In this document: piece by piece, positions 50,940-62,690 of the stretch
Layout of the letters: every line of letters begins with the position of its first letter
Numbering within the stretch: the stretch's first letter is position 1
Made by a program: the position numbers and the translations under genes
Notes under the pieces: model-generated
What the model was told of the DNA's origin: nothing
Databases searched by the model: none
Seen by the model: only the letters and a program-made list of their open reading frames with translations
Origin: Callorhinchus milii
Lineage: Eukaryota
DNA: 64,000 nt
Assembly (NCBI RefSeq): GCF_018977255.1
Contig: NW_024704743.1
Coordinates: forward strand, 87,298,001 to 87,362,000
Direction: 5' to 3'

Positions 50940-51360
50940 TCGCGTTGTGGTTGTTGTTGAGCCACAGGGACTGGGAGTGGGTGAGACACGCGCGCAGCGG
51001 GAGGGAGGATCGCACAGTGCACCGCGGGTCGGGGGGTGGGGGGTGTGTGTGGGTGTGTGGGTGGGGTGTGTGTGTGTGGGTGGGGGGTGTGTGTGGGTGG
51101 GGGGTGTGTGTGGGTGGGGGGTGGAGTGTGTGGAGGGGGAACGGCTTTCCCACACAACTCAGGCATTTCGTTTCCACCCGAACGGACAGAGAGGGGAGAG
51201 AAAGACGGCGCAAAGGCGGCCGCGGGAGGGAAGGATGGAGCTGTTCGGTGGGACGTCTGTCAGAGGCGTCTCCGGCAAGTGGTGGGCAGCCCCGCGGCAC
51301 GTCCGCTTCCTGGACTATCTGACACACACGGACGATTCCGAGCAGCAGCGCAGCTCTCTG
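50940..51360. promoter_or_regulatory. CpG island / likely promoter
   Basis: The only CpG-dense unique segment in the window (cgcgcg, ccgcgg, gcggccgcgg), flanked by G/GT-rich and C/CA-rich tracts. Confidence 0.7.
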
Positions 51361-51361
51361 G
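51235..51361 (+). CDS. Candidate first coding exon of an unidentified gene (MELFGGTSVRGVSGKWWAAPRHVRFLDYLTHTDDSEQQRSSL)
   Basis: Strong Kozak context AGGATGG in the CpG island, 42 non-repetitive codons, and a possible GC-type donor TGG|GCAAGT; no downstream exon identified. Confidence 0.45.
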
Positions 51362-52170
51362 GCAAGTACCCCAGTACCCCATCTACCCCCCCCCCCCACC
51401 CCCCCACACTGGGCAAGTACCCCAGTACCCCATCTACCCCCCCCCCCCCACACACACACACACACACACCCCCACTGGGCAAGTACCCCAGTACCCCATC
51501 TACCCCCCCCCCACACACCCCCCCCCCCCCCACTGGGCAAGTACCCCAGTACCCCATCTACCCCCCCCCCCCACACCCCCCCCCCCCACTGGGCAAGTAC
51601 CCAGTACCCCATCTACCCCCCCCCCCACACACACACACCCCCACTGGGCAAGTACCCCAGTACCCCATCTACCCCCCCCCCCCCCCACACACACCCCCCC
51701 ACACCCCCCCCCCCCCCACACCCCCACACACCCCCACTGGGCAAGTACCCCAGTACCCCATCTACACCCCCCCCCACCACTGGGCAAGTACCCCAGTACC
51801 CCATCTACACCCCCCCCCACACCCCCCCCCCCCACACCCCCACACCCCCCCCACTGGGCAAGTACCCCAGTACCCCATCTACACCCCCCCCACCACTGGG
51901 CAAGTACCCCAGTACCCCATCTACACCCCCCCACCCACTGGGCAAGTACCCCAGTACCCCATCTACACCCCCCCCCACACACACACACCCCACACACCAC
52001 CCCCACCTCTCCCCCCCCCACCTCCGGGCAAGTACCCCAACTACTGCCCCCCCCACACTCCCACACCCCCACACACACACCGCCACCCCCCATACACATC
52101 TCCCCCCACACATACACACACACACCCCAACCCCCACACACCTCCCTGGGCAAGTACCCCAACTACTGCC
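51358..52170 (+). repeat. Minisatellite: 13 copies of C(T/C)GGGCAAGTACCC core with poly-C/(CA)n spacers
   Basis: 11 units CTGGGCAAGTACCC(C)AGTACCCCATCTA and 2 variant units ending AACTACTGCC. Confidence 0.95.
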
Positions 52171-52204
52171 TCCCCCCCCCCACACACACACACACACACA
52201 CAGA

Positions 52205-52692
52205 CAACTAACCCCACAAACTCTCTACACAAACTCCTTAAACTTCACAAACTCCACAAACTACAAACTCCACAAACTACAAACTCCACAAACTACAAAC
52301 TTTCCAAACTCTCCACAAACTTACTCAAACTTCTTCTCCAAACTCCCCCCCCCCCCCACACACACACCTAACCCCACAAACTCTCTACACAAACGCCTTA
52401 AACTTCGTACAAACTCCACAAACTACAAACTCCACAAACTACAAACTTTCCAAACTCTCCACAAACTTACTCAAACTTCTTCTCCAAACTCCCCCCCCCC
52501 CCACACACACACACCTAACCCCACAAACTCTCTACACAAACGCCTTAAACTTCGTACAAACTCCACAAACTACAAACTCCACAAACTACAAACTCCACAA
52601 ACTACAAACTCCACAAACCACAAATTCCACAAACTACAAACTTTCCCCAAACTTTCCCCAAACTTTCCAAACTCTCCACAAACTTACTCAAA
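52205..52692 (+). repeat. Higher-order tandem repeat: three units of about 150-170 bp built from ACAAACT/CCACAAACT
   Basis: aaccccacaaactctctacacaaac recurs at about 52210, 52370 and 52517; the top strand is almost G-free. Confidence 0.9.
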
Positions 52693-52899
52693 TTCCCCCC
52701 CCCCCGCCCTCTCTCTCTCTTCTTCCCCCCAAGTGTCGTCTGCAAACTCCCCCCCCCTCCCCCCCCCCCCCCCCGGCTGCCCCACTCTCTGCTCCCCCTC
52801 GCTTTGCTGTTCCTCTTTGCAGCATTTCTGGTGCAATGTTTATGTTTTTATTGGTTACTTTGACAGCTGAACTGCTACCGGGGGCAGCTTTACCAGGAA

Positions 52900-53212
52900 G
52901 AAGTTTGCTCAAAGCTGCTTTGCTTTGGAGGCTGAGTATATACACTCCCAACAGCCACCAGACTGCACTCCTCACACTCAGTGACTTACATGCCAGTCAG
53001 TGGGAATTTTAAGTTGCTTAAAGTGATCTTCCCACTCAGCTCCTGTTAAACCTGGAAGCCAAAGGGTAGGGTGGTCCTCGCTGGACAAGCAGTGGGAAAG
53101 CTTGCCAGACAGTGCTATCAATGGTAAGCTATGTGGGTTTAGCTGGTTAGACTCCAGCAGTACCCCAACGCACACTCTGGGGTCCCCAAGCCTTGGTTCT
53201 TGCCAACCTGCG
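52900..53212 (-). repeat. Second copy of the old repeat at 1654-1890
   Basis: cccactcagctcctg..aagcttgccagacagtgct..cacactctg..ccaagccttgg..ttgccaacctgc. Confidence 0.7.
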
Positions 53213-54109
53213 CCTAATATTTTCCTAAATTAGGTAAGCAGGATGCATCCCTCCAGGGAGAGAGTGCACATACCATTCCAACAAACTACCTCTGGAATTT
53301 CCACAGGTGTAGGTGGGATACTTTGAATTCCCGGTGTGATTTGGTTACTCTTAAGCATGGTGATAGGTTTCTGCATGTGTCAGGCACCCGGTTGACCCCA
53401 AAAAAAATTTGAAGTGTATTTCTGCAGATTACAACATTATTATTATTACCTCATGGAATTATCTCACTCTCTAACCTCCAGGGAGATTGAGTAGGTTTGT
53501 TTTTGGCTCAATTCAATTCCTCTGTGCCATTGTTCAGTGTGGTTCAGATATTGAGTTAAGTCATGTTCTATAGCAGCAAAAGGATTGCAGCTTAATTGGG
53601 AAATATGGACTCTTTACGCTTCTACAATTGTGCTGTGGATTTTTTAACCTCAAAGTCAGTCAGCAGCAAATCAGCTGGACTTTTCTCAGGGCTCGGTCTC
53701 CTTCTGGGACATTTTAATCGCTGCAACGATAGCCTGACAGACCCAATGCCAGTTTCCCTGTTTTTGATGAACTCTCAGTTGTTCTCTTTTCCACTGTTCT
53801 GAATCCCCATCATCACTCCCCCGCACCCCCCCCCCCACACACACACACAAAATTCTATAAATAATCTTTCACTAATAAATGTCCAGACACCATTTTGCTT
53901 TTTATTTTATTGTCATTAGTTGGTTGTAGTTTGAATCGTGCTAACATTCAGACAGCACTGCTGCAGCTGGAGATGTAAAATATTCTGAGGTTTGAGTACT
54001 GCCCAGAGCTTATTGCTTTGCAAATAGGATAATTATAATGCAATACAATTTATAACAACTAGCAGTTAAATAGCATGTTGTTGTTGTAAAATGTATTGTA
54101 TTGTAATTC

Positions 54110-54350
54110 CAATACAATTTACATTTATATATCACCTTTCACTTCGGGAGGACATCCCAAAGTGTATTCACGGTGTTGAATGGTTATCTGAGTCGGGCAT
54201 GGGAACCAAGGGAGGAGAAAGATGTCAGAAAACGCAGTCAATGAGATCACTGTTTAAGAAGACATGGCTTGAGAGAGGGGAGGAAGGGAGCCAATTGGAG
54301 AGGCTCGGGGATGGACTTCTAGAGAACGGGGGCAGAAAGGCTGAAAGTCT
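54110..54350 (-). mobile_element. Old L2 3' fragment
   Basis: cacctttcacttcgggaggacatcccaaag stem-loop; ggctgaaag. Confidence 0.7.
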
Positions 54351-54710
54351 CAATTGGCTCAGTTTAAGATCTAACCCAAAGGGCGGCATCCCTAGCATTG
54401 CGTTGGCACCTCAGCTTGGACTATACCGGTTCCAAGTCCCAATGTGGGGTTTGAACCCACAATTTTCTGAGCCAGATTAACACACTGTTATTAAGTTATT
54501 AATTATTAACGACTGCAACAGGTTGCTGGGAAGGCTGGTTTTGGCCAGGACCCTTTAACATATTCGTGAGGGAGGAGATCAAATGGATTGAAAGGCCGAC
54601 TTCATCTGAATCAATTTTACAATCTTGTGTAATCTTATTTTAGACGAATGGTTCTGCCTTCTTTTCCCACTGACTGATTTTCTTTCACACACCAGCCTCT
54701 TCCTTAGCCA

Positions 54711-55136
54711 GTGTCAGTCTGGCTCAGTGGTAATACTCTCGCCTCTGAGTCAGAAGGTTGTGGGTTCAAACCACACGTTGGGACTTGAACTCACATATTC
54801 TAAGCTGGCACTCCAGTGCTGCAGTCTGTGTATAAACTATGTGTCATCCTTTCGATGAAACTTTAATCAGAGGCTCCGTCTACCTGTTCAGATGGATATT
54901 AAAGAACCCATGGAATTATTCAAATAGAGAATGAGGTTTCTCCCAGTGTCCTAACCAACAATCCCTAAAATAAAAAAATGGTCATTCATTTCATAGCTGT
55001 TTGTCTGGTATTGCTGCCTGCAAATTAGCTGCTGCTTTCGCTCACAAATATCCTGTCACTTCCCTTGACAGTCAGATCCTGTGAAGCGCTTTGGGGTGTA
55101 ACTGAAAGGCTCTATACCAATTGCAAGGATTATTAT
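54711..55136 (+). mobile_element. Full-length family B SINE
   Basis: gtgtcagtctggctcagtggtaatactctcgcctctgagtcagaagg head through to gcaaggattattatt tail. Confidence 0.85.
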
Positions 55137-55615
55137 TTTCCAATCTTTCTAACCAATTGATGCAGAATTATTGGCAGTGTTGTGAAGTAAACGTGTGACC
55201 AATTGTTTCCTGGTAATTTGGAGACGCTTTGAGACATCTCAATGACATGATAAAGTGCTATATCAAAAGCAAGGATTATTATTATTCATATTATATGTGG
55301 AATAAGTGGCTGGAGACAAGTGAGGTTCTTGTGCAGCTGAGAAGCTATGACAATTTTATAAGATGATCAGAATCTAGAAAGTGGCAGTCTGCACTTCTAA
55401 TGGGATTTGCTTACACGTGGAGAATAATATTTGCTTTCCATCAATCAAAGACTAATTATCAACATCGACGGGAAGAGAGTAACTGCTGTTTGTTACTTTA
55501 ACCCTTTGAGATTAAATTTGTTTACTTGTTTTGAAGATGAGTGTAATAATGCTTACACAATTTATAGGCCGTTCAGTGGGTAACATAGCTACAGTATTAA
55601 CAATAATACTACTAT

Positions 55616-55853
55616 TAAAGTGAATTGACCGTATATTTGTGGGCAAAACGCGGCAGCCAATTGCGCACAGCAGTGTCCCACAAACAGTCGTGGATTGAAA
55701 ATGACCAATTTATTATTGTTTTGTTTTGGAGGGATTATTATTAGGCGTGTGGAGTAAGGAAACTTGCCCAAGGTTTCGCCCTCTGCCTGGAATTGAACTC
55801 AGGTCTCTCGCTTGCAAAGCGAGTGCTCTAACCACTGAACTACAGAACTCCAC
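55616..55853 (-). mobile_element. Family A SINE lacking its L2-type 3' stem-loop
   Basis: Head intact; homology stops at taaagtgaattgac. Confidence 0.88.
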
Positions 55854-56489
55854 TAAGCTCTGCGGGACACTACCCTGTGTGAAGGGCGCTGTATAAATGC
55901 AAGTTGTTGTTATTTCGTAAGAGTGTTGTGACTGACTGTAAACCTTCTTTGGGTCTAAGTGACCTACCAGATAGGAATAATTAAATGTTAATTTTTATAA
56001 TTAAACGTTTACACATGATTGTAACTGCTGACATTTCTGTGGTGATGCTTTATGGGCCTGTTGTAAGTTTCGATTAACAGATGTTCATTGGAGCTGTTCT
56101 TCCGCTGCCTTTTGCCCTTTGCACCTTGATATTCTGCTGATGAAATAGTTTGGCACAGAAACTAGTACAAGTGTTTTTTTTGTGCCTCTCCAATGTCTGA
56201 ACTCTGAACCATTCCTTATGTCTGTGGATTTCAAATAAGATTAAATAGTATTGCCAAATGGCAAAAGTCAAAATGCCACAGAGCAGAATCTTTTGAAAGT
56301 TCAAAATAATAAAACTGATATTTTTAATGGCAAGTAAGCACAATCATTTGGGAGTTTAAAGAAAAAATTTGTGTGACAAGTGTGTTCTCTTTACGTAACT
56401 TTCCACGGCTGCTTCTTAGTGATCCTGATCTGGGTGTTCATATGCTTATTGTGTTAGAGATGGGAAAATCGGATTATTCACATTGTCTT

Positions 56490-56810
56490 TAATAATAATA
56501 ATCCTTGCATTTGATATAGCGCTTTTCACGGCGGGAGGACGTCCCAGAGCGCTTCACAGAACACACTGTAAAGTGAATTGACTGTATATTTGTGGGCGAA
56601 CGCGGCAGCCAATTGCGCACAGCAATGTCCCACAAACAGTCGTAGATTGAAAATGACCAATTTATTATTGTTCTTGGTTTTGGAGGGATTATTATTAGGC
56701 GTGTGGAGTAAGGAAACTTGCCCAAGGTTTCGCCCTGACCTGCCTGGAATTGAACTCAGGTCTCTCACTTGCAAAGCGAGTGCTTTAACCACTGAGCTAC
56801 AGGACTCCAC
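56490..56810 (-). mobile_element. Family A SINE (CCCTGACCTGCC subfamily)
   Basis: Near-consensus; diagnostic cgccctgacctgcctgg and acacactgta. Confidence 0.93.
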
Positions 56811-59800
56811 AAACTACTTACATTTGAATGCTGGGGTCAATTCTAGACAGCAGTAAACTCTATCTGCTTAACATGTAATGTGTGGAAGCACAATAGGTTT
56901 GTATCTGGTCCCATTGTTATTAAGTTATCCATCAGTATACGTTGTGTCAGCTTGGCTCCTTTGGTTAGCACTTTTGTCTCTGGGTCAGAAGTTGCTGGGT
57001 TTAAGCCTCATGACAGGTGGGTGAGTTTCTGCAAGTGGGCTGCACCTAGTGAACCAATGTGGACATTTCACAGTGCCCCAATTTGGTGATTCTATTTATG
57101 GAGGTGGGGTGGGGGGGGGAATAGAGGAAATGACAATTGTGGTGCAAGTACATACAGAGGCCAAAATATGGTTCTAATAGGAAGAACATTATTAATTATT
57201 ATTAAAATTATTCCTTATTGAGGCAAGTGGCATGCAGGAATATTTAGTTTTACTCTTGAGCTATAATAATTTCACCCACAAAATATACAGTCAATTCACT
57301 TTACAATATATTTTATAAAGCGCTATGAGACATCTCAATGGCATAATAAGGCTCTTTATCAAATTCAAGGATTATTATTTTTATTATTATCTTTCTGGTA
57401 CCATCCTATCTGTGAGATGCGGATAATAGTGAGGTTTTTTTCATGTGTATGTGTTTGTTTTTTAAATTCTGTCAAATGCTCCACTTAAAAATTAAGCACA
57501 ATTTTATCTGAAAAGTCTACTTCTCAGATCTGGAAATATCAGGCTACAGCTGGGAGCTTGTGTTGGGAGAGTGACTGAAGTGCATTCTAGTTGTGGGAAA
57601 CATGACCTTTCCTAAAGGCTTGTTTCAGGAGATGGAACAAATAATGAACCAATTCTCAAGTGTTCAGTTTGCTTACAGCAATTCATAACTAGGTTATTTC
57701 TGACATTGAATCATGCAGTCTGCATTGCAGGAGAGAAATGCAACGAAATGTAGTCAAAAGGTGACAAACACAGGACTTGCATTGCAAAGAAATAGGAGCT
57801 GTGCATGAAGTAAAAAAGATTAACTAATCTTGTGTGTTCTCAACATGTAAAGGATAGTAAGGCTGGGGAATGGCCTGTTTTTCCATTTTTGCATGTGAAT
57901 GTTATAATAAAATAATAATAATCCTTGCATTTGATATTGCACCTTATCACGTTGTTGAAGCGTCCCAAAGTGCTTCACAGAATATATTGTAAAGTGAATT
58001 GACTCTGTATTTTTTGTGAGCAAAAATAACACAGGATAGAGGCAAAGTGAAACTGATTCTTACCTAAACTGACTGAAATGTCATTGCTGTGGCTCAAACT
58101 GATTTTGTGTTGAAAGATAACATTGCATAGGTTGGATTTAATCTGAGGTTGCAAATCGAAAAATTTCAGGCCCTGCCCATACTCAACCTCAGGCCCTGAC
58201 CCAACCCACTCTGGAGCACTGCACCATGAACAAGTTACCTTGTTACTAACTCTTCTTTCCACATGTTCTTCCTATACAGTTTCAAAGAAGGCCATTTTTA
58301 AAATGATCCTCACTTTCTTACCTCCCAACAACACATTATCACCATCAGACACCACTGATCAATGATTCCTGCTTTCTAAATCTCTTCACAATTGCTATGG
58401 AGTCTTCCCCATCCCATGCCCTATTTTGTAAAAATCTTTTCCCTGTTTTTGTTGCCAAATGTAAACTCCAACATTTGTATATCAGTGGATGGAGGAACAA
58501 AGGTCAAGCTGACTTCATTCGAAAACAATAAACTCTTTTAACTCCCATGTTTTATATTTATGATAAGTACAGAAGCTACCAGACTAGTTTGCAAGCCAAG
58601 ATGTTTATGAATGTGTTTTGGGACATTCTCCCAATATGAAAGTCCCTATATAAATGTAAACTATATTAATTGTTTGGATATGGGCAAGATTGGTTTAATC
58701 CTCCTTATAACTGAATTTTCCCCAATTCGGGTACTTTGGGTTTGCAATTTTATTTTGACGTTGTTTATCGAGGGATAAATAATAGCACGTGTATCCAAGC
58801 AGGGGCAGAACCTCAGCAACAAAAATCTTTAAAAAATTCCTCTGTACATCTTTATGAATCCAAGGAGCATCTTGTATTAGTTTTATACTAACCTCCTACA
58901 CTAGAGGCATCCTCAATCCTAAATTTTAAAACATGACCTTTGGTCAAAGTGGGTCCTCGCCTTTATATTGAAAAATACAGTGGTTTCTGGAATTGTGCGC
59001 TATGCTACACAAAACCTTTTGTTTGTTTCTCCATAAATCATTCTCTGAATAAAGTTTGAAAATTCTGCTTTAATGAATGTCAACTGTGCTCCTGGCCTTC
59101 TTCTCAGGTAGCGACATTGTGTAAAATCAGGTCCATAGCGATATAAAAAGGTACCCAGGATGTTTATGAATAGAATCAAAGTTAGAAGCATTTTACTTCA
59201 TTCGTCTGTAAAAGTAACACAACAGGCAAAAGATCTTTTCATGCATGTTACTATTTTACATACATGCTGTGCGCAATTGGCTCTTCATGCTCTTAAATCA
59301 CAAAATACACAATCACTACACTTTACTGTATATTCTGTGAAGCGCTTTGAGACATCTTGAAGACATGATAAGGCGTTATATCAAATACAAGGATTATTAT
59401 TATTATGTGTACTTGCTGTGTTGTCAGAATTAGGTGACCCTTTAATTTCTGTATGTAGGGATGGAGATTGTGTACCTGCCCAAACTCCTTGAATAGCTCA
59501 TTTGGCAAAGCCACTGTGTGGTGTGATAGAGAGTCAGAAGATTGCAGGATTGCTGACCAGTCTGTTGATGTGATGGTAGAGCATTGCAATTGGCTTCAGG
59601 GCCCCTCAACTGGAATAAAATCACAGTATTCCACTCATTCACTAGCCAGTGATTCTTCCTTGAAAATATCCACTTTAATATCAGCTGAAGACTGGATCAG
59701 GTCCTGTCACAAAACCACAAGAATTGTTTGGATGAAGAGGCTCCTTAAGGCGATCTGAACAACTCAGATGCCCCTGCAATCAAATAGCCATCTGACGTGT

Positions 59801-60032
59801 ACTGGGATTCATCTCATTAATGATGAAATGCAGCTCATCTTTGGGTGAAATACTAGAAAGCTGTGAAAAAATGCTTCATTCTGAATCAGAAGAATAGAAA
59901 TATTGTTGTGGTAATAGATTGACTCTGTGAATCACTCTGGTACCATCCTAAACTCTTCACTGAAAATAAAATAATTAAGGGTTGTGCGATCAAGAAACAT
60001 TTCATTTGCAGGACATGGAAGTGAACTATTGG

Positions 60033-60355
60033 TAATAATAATAATAATAATCCTTGCATTTGATATAGCGCTTTTCACGTCGGGAGGACGTCCCAAAGCG
60101 CTTCACAGAACACACTGTAAAGTGAATTGACTGTATATTTGTGGGCGAACGCGGCAGCCAATTGCGCACAGCAATGTCCCACAGTCGTAGATTGAAAATG
60201 ACCAATTGTATTATTGTTTTGGTTTTGGAGGGATTATTATTAGGCGTGTGGAGTAAGGAAACTTGCCCAAGGTTTCGCCCTGACCTGCCTGGAATTGAAC
60301 TCAGGTCTCTCGCTTGCAAAGCGAATGCTCTAACCACTGAGCTACAGGACTCCAC
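60033..60355 (-). mobile_element. Family A SINE (CCCTGACCTGCC subfamily)
   Basis: Shares both diagnostic variants with 56490-56810. Confidence 0.93.
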
Positions 60356-60479
60356 AAGTATGGTATGTCTGTTGCAACAGCAAAGGCAACAAATTTGACC
60401 CTTGATTTTGGAGGTTAGACGTTAACCAACTCGAGCCCCTCCCCATGTTAAAATAAACAGACTGAAGGGAGACTTTATA

Positions 60480-60750
60480 AATGCTCATCCCTGATATATT
60501 TAAAGATCTCCTGGTACTGTTTCTCCCAATGTCCTGGCTGACAATCCCCAAAATAAAAATGGCTGACAATCCCCAAATAAAAGTAATTTCATGACAGTTT
60601 GTGGGACATTGCTGTGTGCAAATTGACTGCCACATTTACCTACAAATACACAGTCACTATACCTTACAGTAAAAGGCCTGCAAAGCCTTTTGAGACATTT
60701 TGATGACATGATAAGGTGATATTCAAATGCAAGGATTATTATTTTATTAT
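60480..60750 (+). mobile_element. Family B SINE, 3' part
   Basis: tgtcctggctgacaatcccc (locally duplicated)..gtttgtgggacattgctgtgtgc..caaatgcaaggattattatt. Confidence 0.75.
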
Positions 60751-60859
60751 TTACCACTGTGAAGCCTATATGCTCCATCTCCAGGGCTGCAGGGAAGGGA
60801 TTGATTTCAGACACAAAATGCAATGTTATTTTTCACTGGAAGACATAAAAGATTAGATT

Positions 60860-61285
60860 TCGCCGTTTTTCCAGTTTCAGGGGAAATCGCCTTCCCCAAT
60901 TAACAATCACGTTGTTGACCTATTGATCCTATGCGGGTGTTAACTCCTCCATTAAAGCCTTATACCCTATTCCCACTCTTTCCCTAGACCCTTTTAAATT
61001 GTGATTCTTTTAAATATCTGATTCCCTTTTAAATGTTAATAATTGCAGCATTGAAGGCCATGTGTGGTAAAACATTAAAAACCCTCAATGTAAAAGTATT
61101 TCTTCTAAATTTACATTTAACTCTGTCAAGTGACAATTCTGACCTTATGCCAGTTTGTTACCCATTCACCAACCAGGAGTTACAATGTCACCTATTCGCA
61201 GACATAATGCTTTACCATTTATCCTCTCAAAACATTTTAGAATTGTGAAAATGTCCAATAGTTGCCTTCTTAATCTTTGATCCAG
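60860..61285 (-). mobile_element. Old CR1 3' fragment
   Basis: accctcaatgtaaaagtatttcttctaaattt..gaccttatgcc..ttaccatttatcctctc pattern. Confidence 0.6.
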
Positions 61286-62314
61286 TACAAATTTCAGTAG
61301 TGAGTGTGCACTCTCAATTGCAATTGACTGGATGGCACTTTATTGCAAACCAATCACGTTTGTTAAACTCACGAGCTGTGCTGTTCATACTGCCACCAGC
61401 TTCTCCCACTCTTAATGACTTGAATTCAATATGACTTCAGTTCTCTTTCAGTTCAATCGTCCTTGCAATTTAAATGCAAGGAGGTCACACAGCCAATCTG
61501 CCTTCAGCAGTCAGATGAGACGCATTTATGAAATGTTGCATGTGGCTCAAGAATCCTATATGATGGAGTGAGTCAGTGCATCTTGGCTGATGTGCTCTGG
61601 TGTTGATCATAATTCACAACCCATTCTTGTCTAATTTAAAGGGGCCTCTGTATCTGACACTGACTTTCCCTAGTGTATCAAGCTTACGTCACTTGTTTTT
61701 GGGATGAAGTACTGTAATGCTTGTAGACAGAGAAAAGCTTTGTGGAAGGCCAGAGTGCAGGAAATGCTTGTGTGCCCAGTATCCAGCATTGACGAGTTTA
61801 TGAAGAATTTAAGATATGGGTTGAACCAAGAATTAGTCTCTGGGAAGAATTTCTGCCCCTCACAAAGCTTCTGCCTATTATAATTGAATTAGGTTTGATC
61901 TGTGATTGATTCTAGATGCTACCAAGCATGAAGGGAACCATATAAATGCAAGTTGTGGTTAATTGGTTCACCACTTAAAGAAGGAGCATTGTGTGCCATG
62001 CTGTTCTCGGTCTTGAAGCATAAGCACTCCCATTTCTCTTCTTTCTAGAACCAGGAAATAATGTCCGTGTCTCCCTCCCCCACCTCTCAAAATCCCAGTT
62101 GTCAGTTGTAATGTATCCGGGTTGAGAAAAAAACATTTTTAGAGGCTGCAATAAAGGATGATTTTTCTCTCTCTCTGTGACTAGCCTTAGTATGTCACAG
62201 AGTTGCTGTTTAAAGTATTCAGATATTTAGGCAAGGAGGCTGAGAATGGGAACAATCATAAATCTGATATATCAAGTGCTGTCAGCATCATTTCTCTTAG
62301 TTTCTGTGTTTATA

Positions 62315-62690
62315 CAACAATAACTTGCACTTATATAGCGCCCGCCATGCATTGAAGCATCTCAGAGTAGCAGAGCCTGACTCCGAGCCAGGGTGGGGGA
62401 GGTGGCCATGAGCACGGTCGAAGAGGAAGGTTTTCAGGTGGGACTTGAAAAAGGAGAGAGAAGGGGCAAGGCGGAGGGATAGAGGGAGAGTGTTTCAGAG
62501 TTTCGGGGCGTAGTGGCTGAAAGTGCAACTTCGATGGTGGGGCAGAGGATGCGAGGGACGAGCAGGAGGCCAGTGCTAGTCGAGTGGAGATGGTGGATTG
62601 GGGAGTGAGGAGGTCAGAGAGGTAGGGAGATGCCAGCGAGTGAAGGGATTTGAAATGAGTGTGAGGATCTTGAAGTCGATATGAAGGTTG
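62315..62690 (-). mobile_element. Older L2 3' fragment (same subfamily as 24889-25338)
   Basis: gcagagcctgactccgagcc 3' UTR; gagaggtagggagatgccagcgagtgaagggatttg. Confidence 0.88.

Noticed and set aside
6327..51020. CACAGTG heptamers as V(D)J recombination signals
   Set aside because: The heptamers checked lack an ACAAAAACC-like nonamer at 12 or 23 bp spacing, and no Ig or TCR segments were seen.
51358..52170. CRISPR-like array (constant repeat of about 28 bp with variable spacers)
   Set aside because: Spacers are only poly-C/(CA)n of very uneven length, there are no cas genes, and the context is eukaryotic; it is a minisatellite.
50824..52371. 515-aa ORF and the overlapping Gly/Val- or Pro/His-rich ORFs as real proteins
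   Set aside because: They stay open because low-complexity G/T or C/A sequence lacks stop codons; only 51235-51361 looks like genuine coding sequence.
52205..52692. Telomeric repeat
   Set aside because: Units are ACAAACT variants, not (CCCTAA)n.
61452..61567. Possible + strand internal exon (ttctctttcag ... ga|gtgagt)
   Set aside because: Open only in phase 0, which is incompatible with direct joining to the phase-1 candidate first exon, and the peptide is unrecognised.
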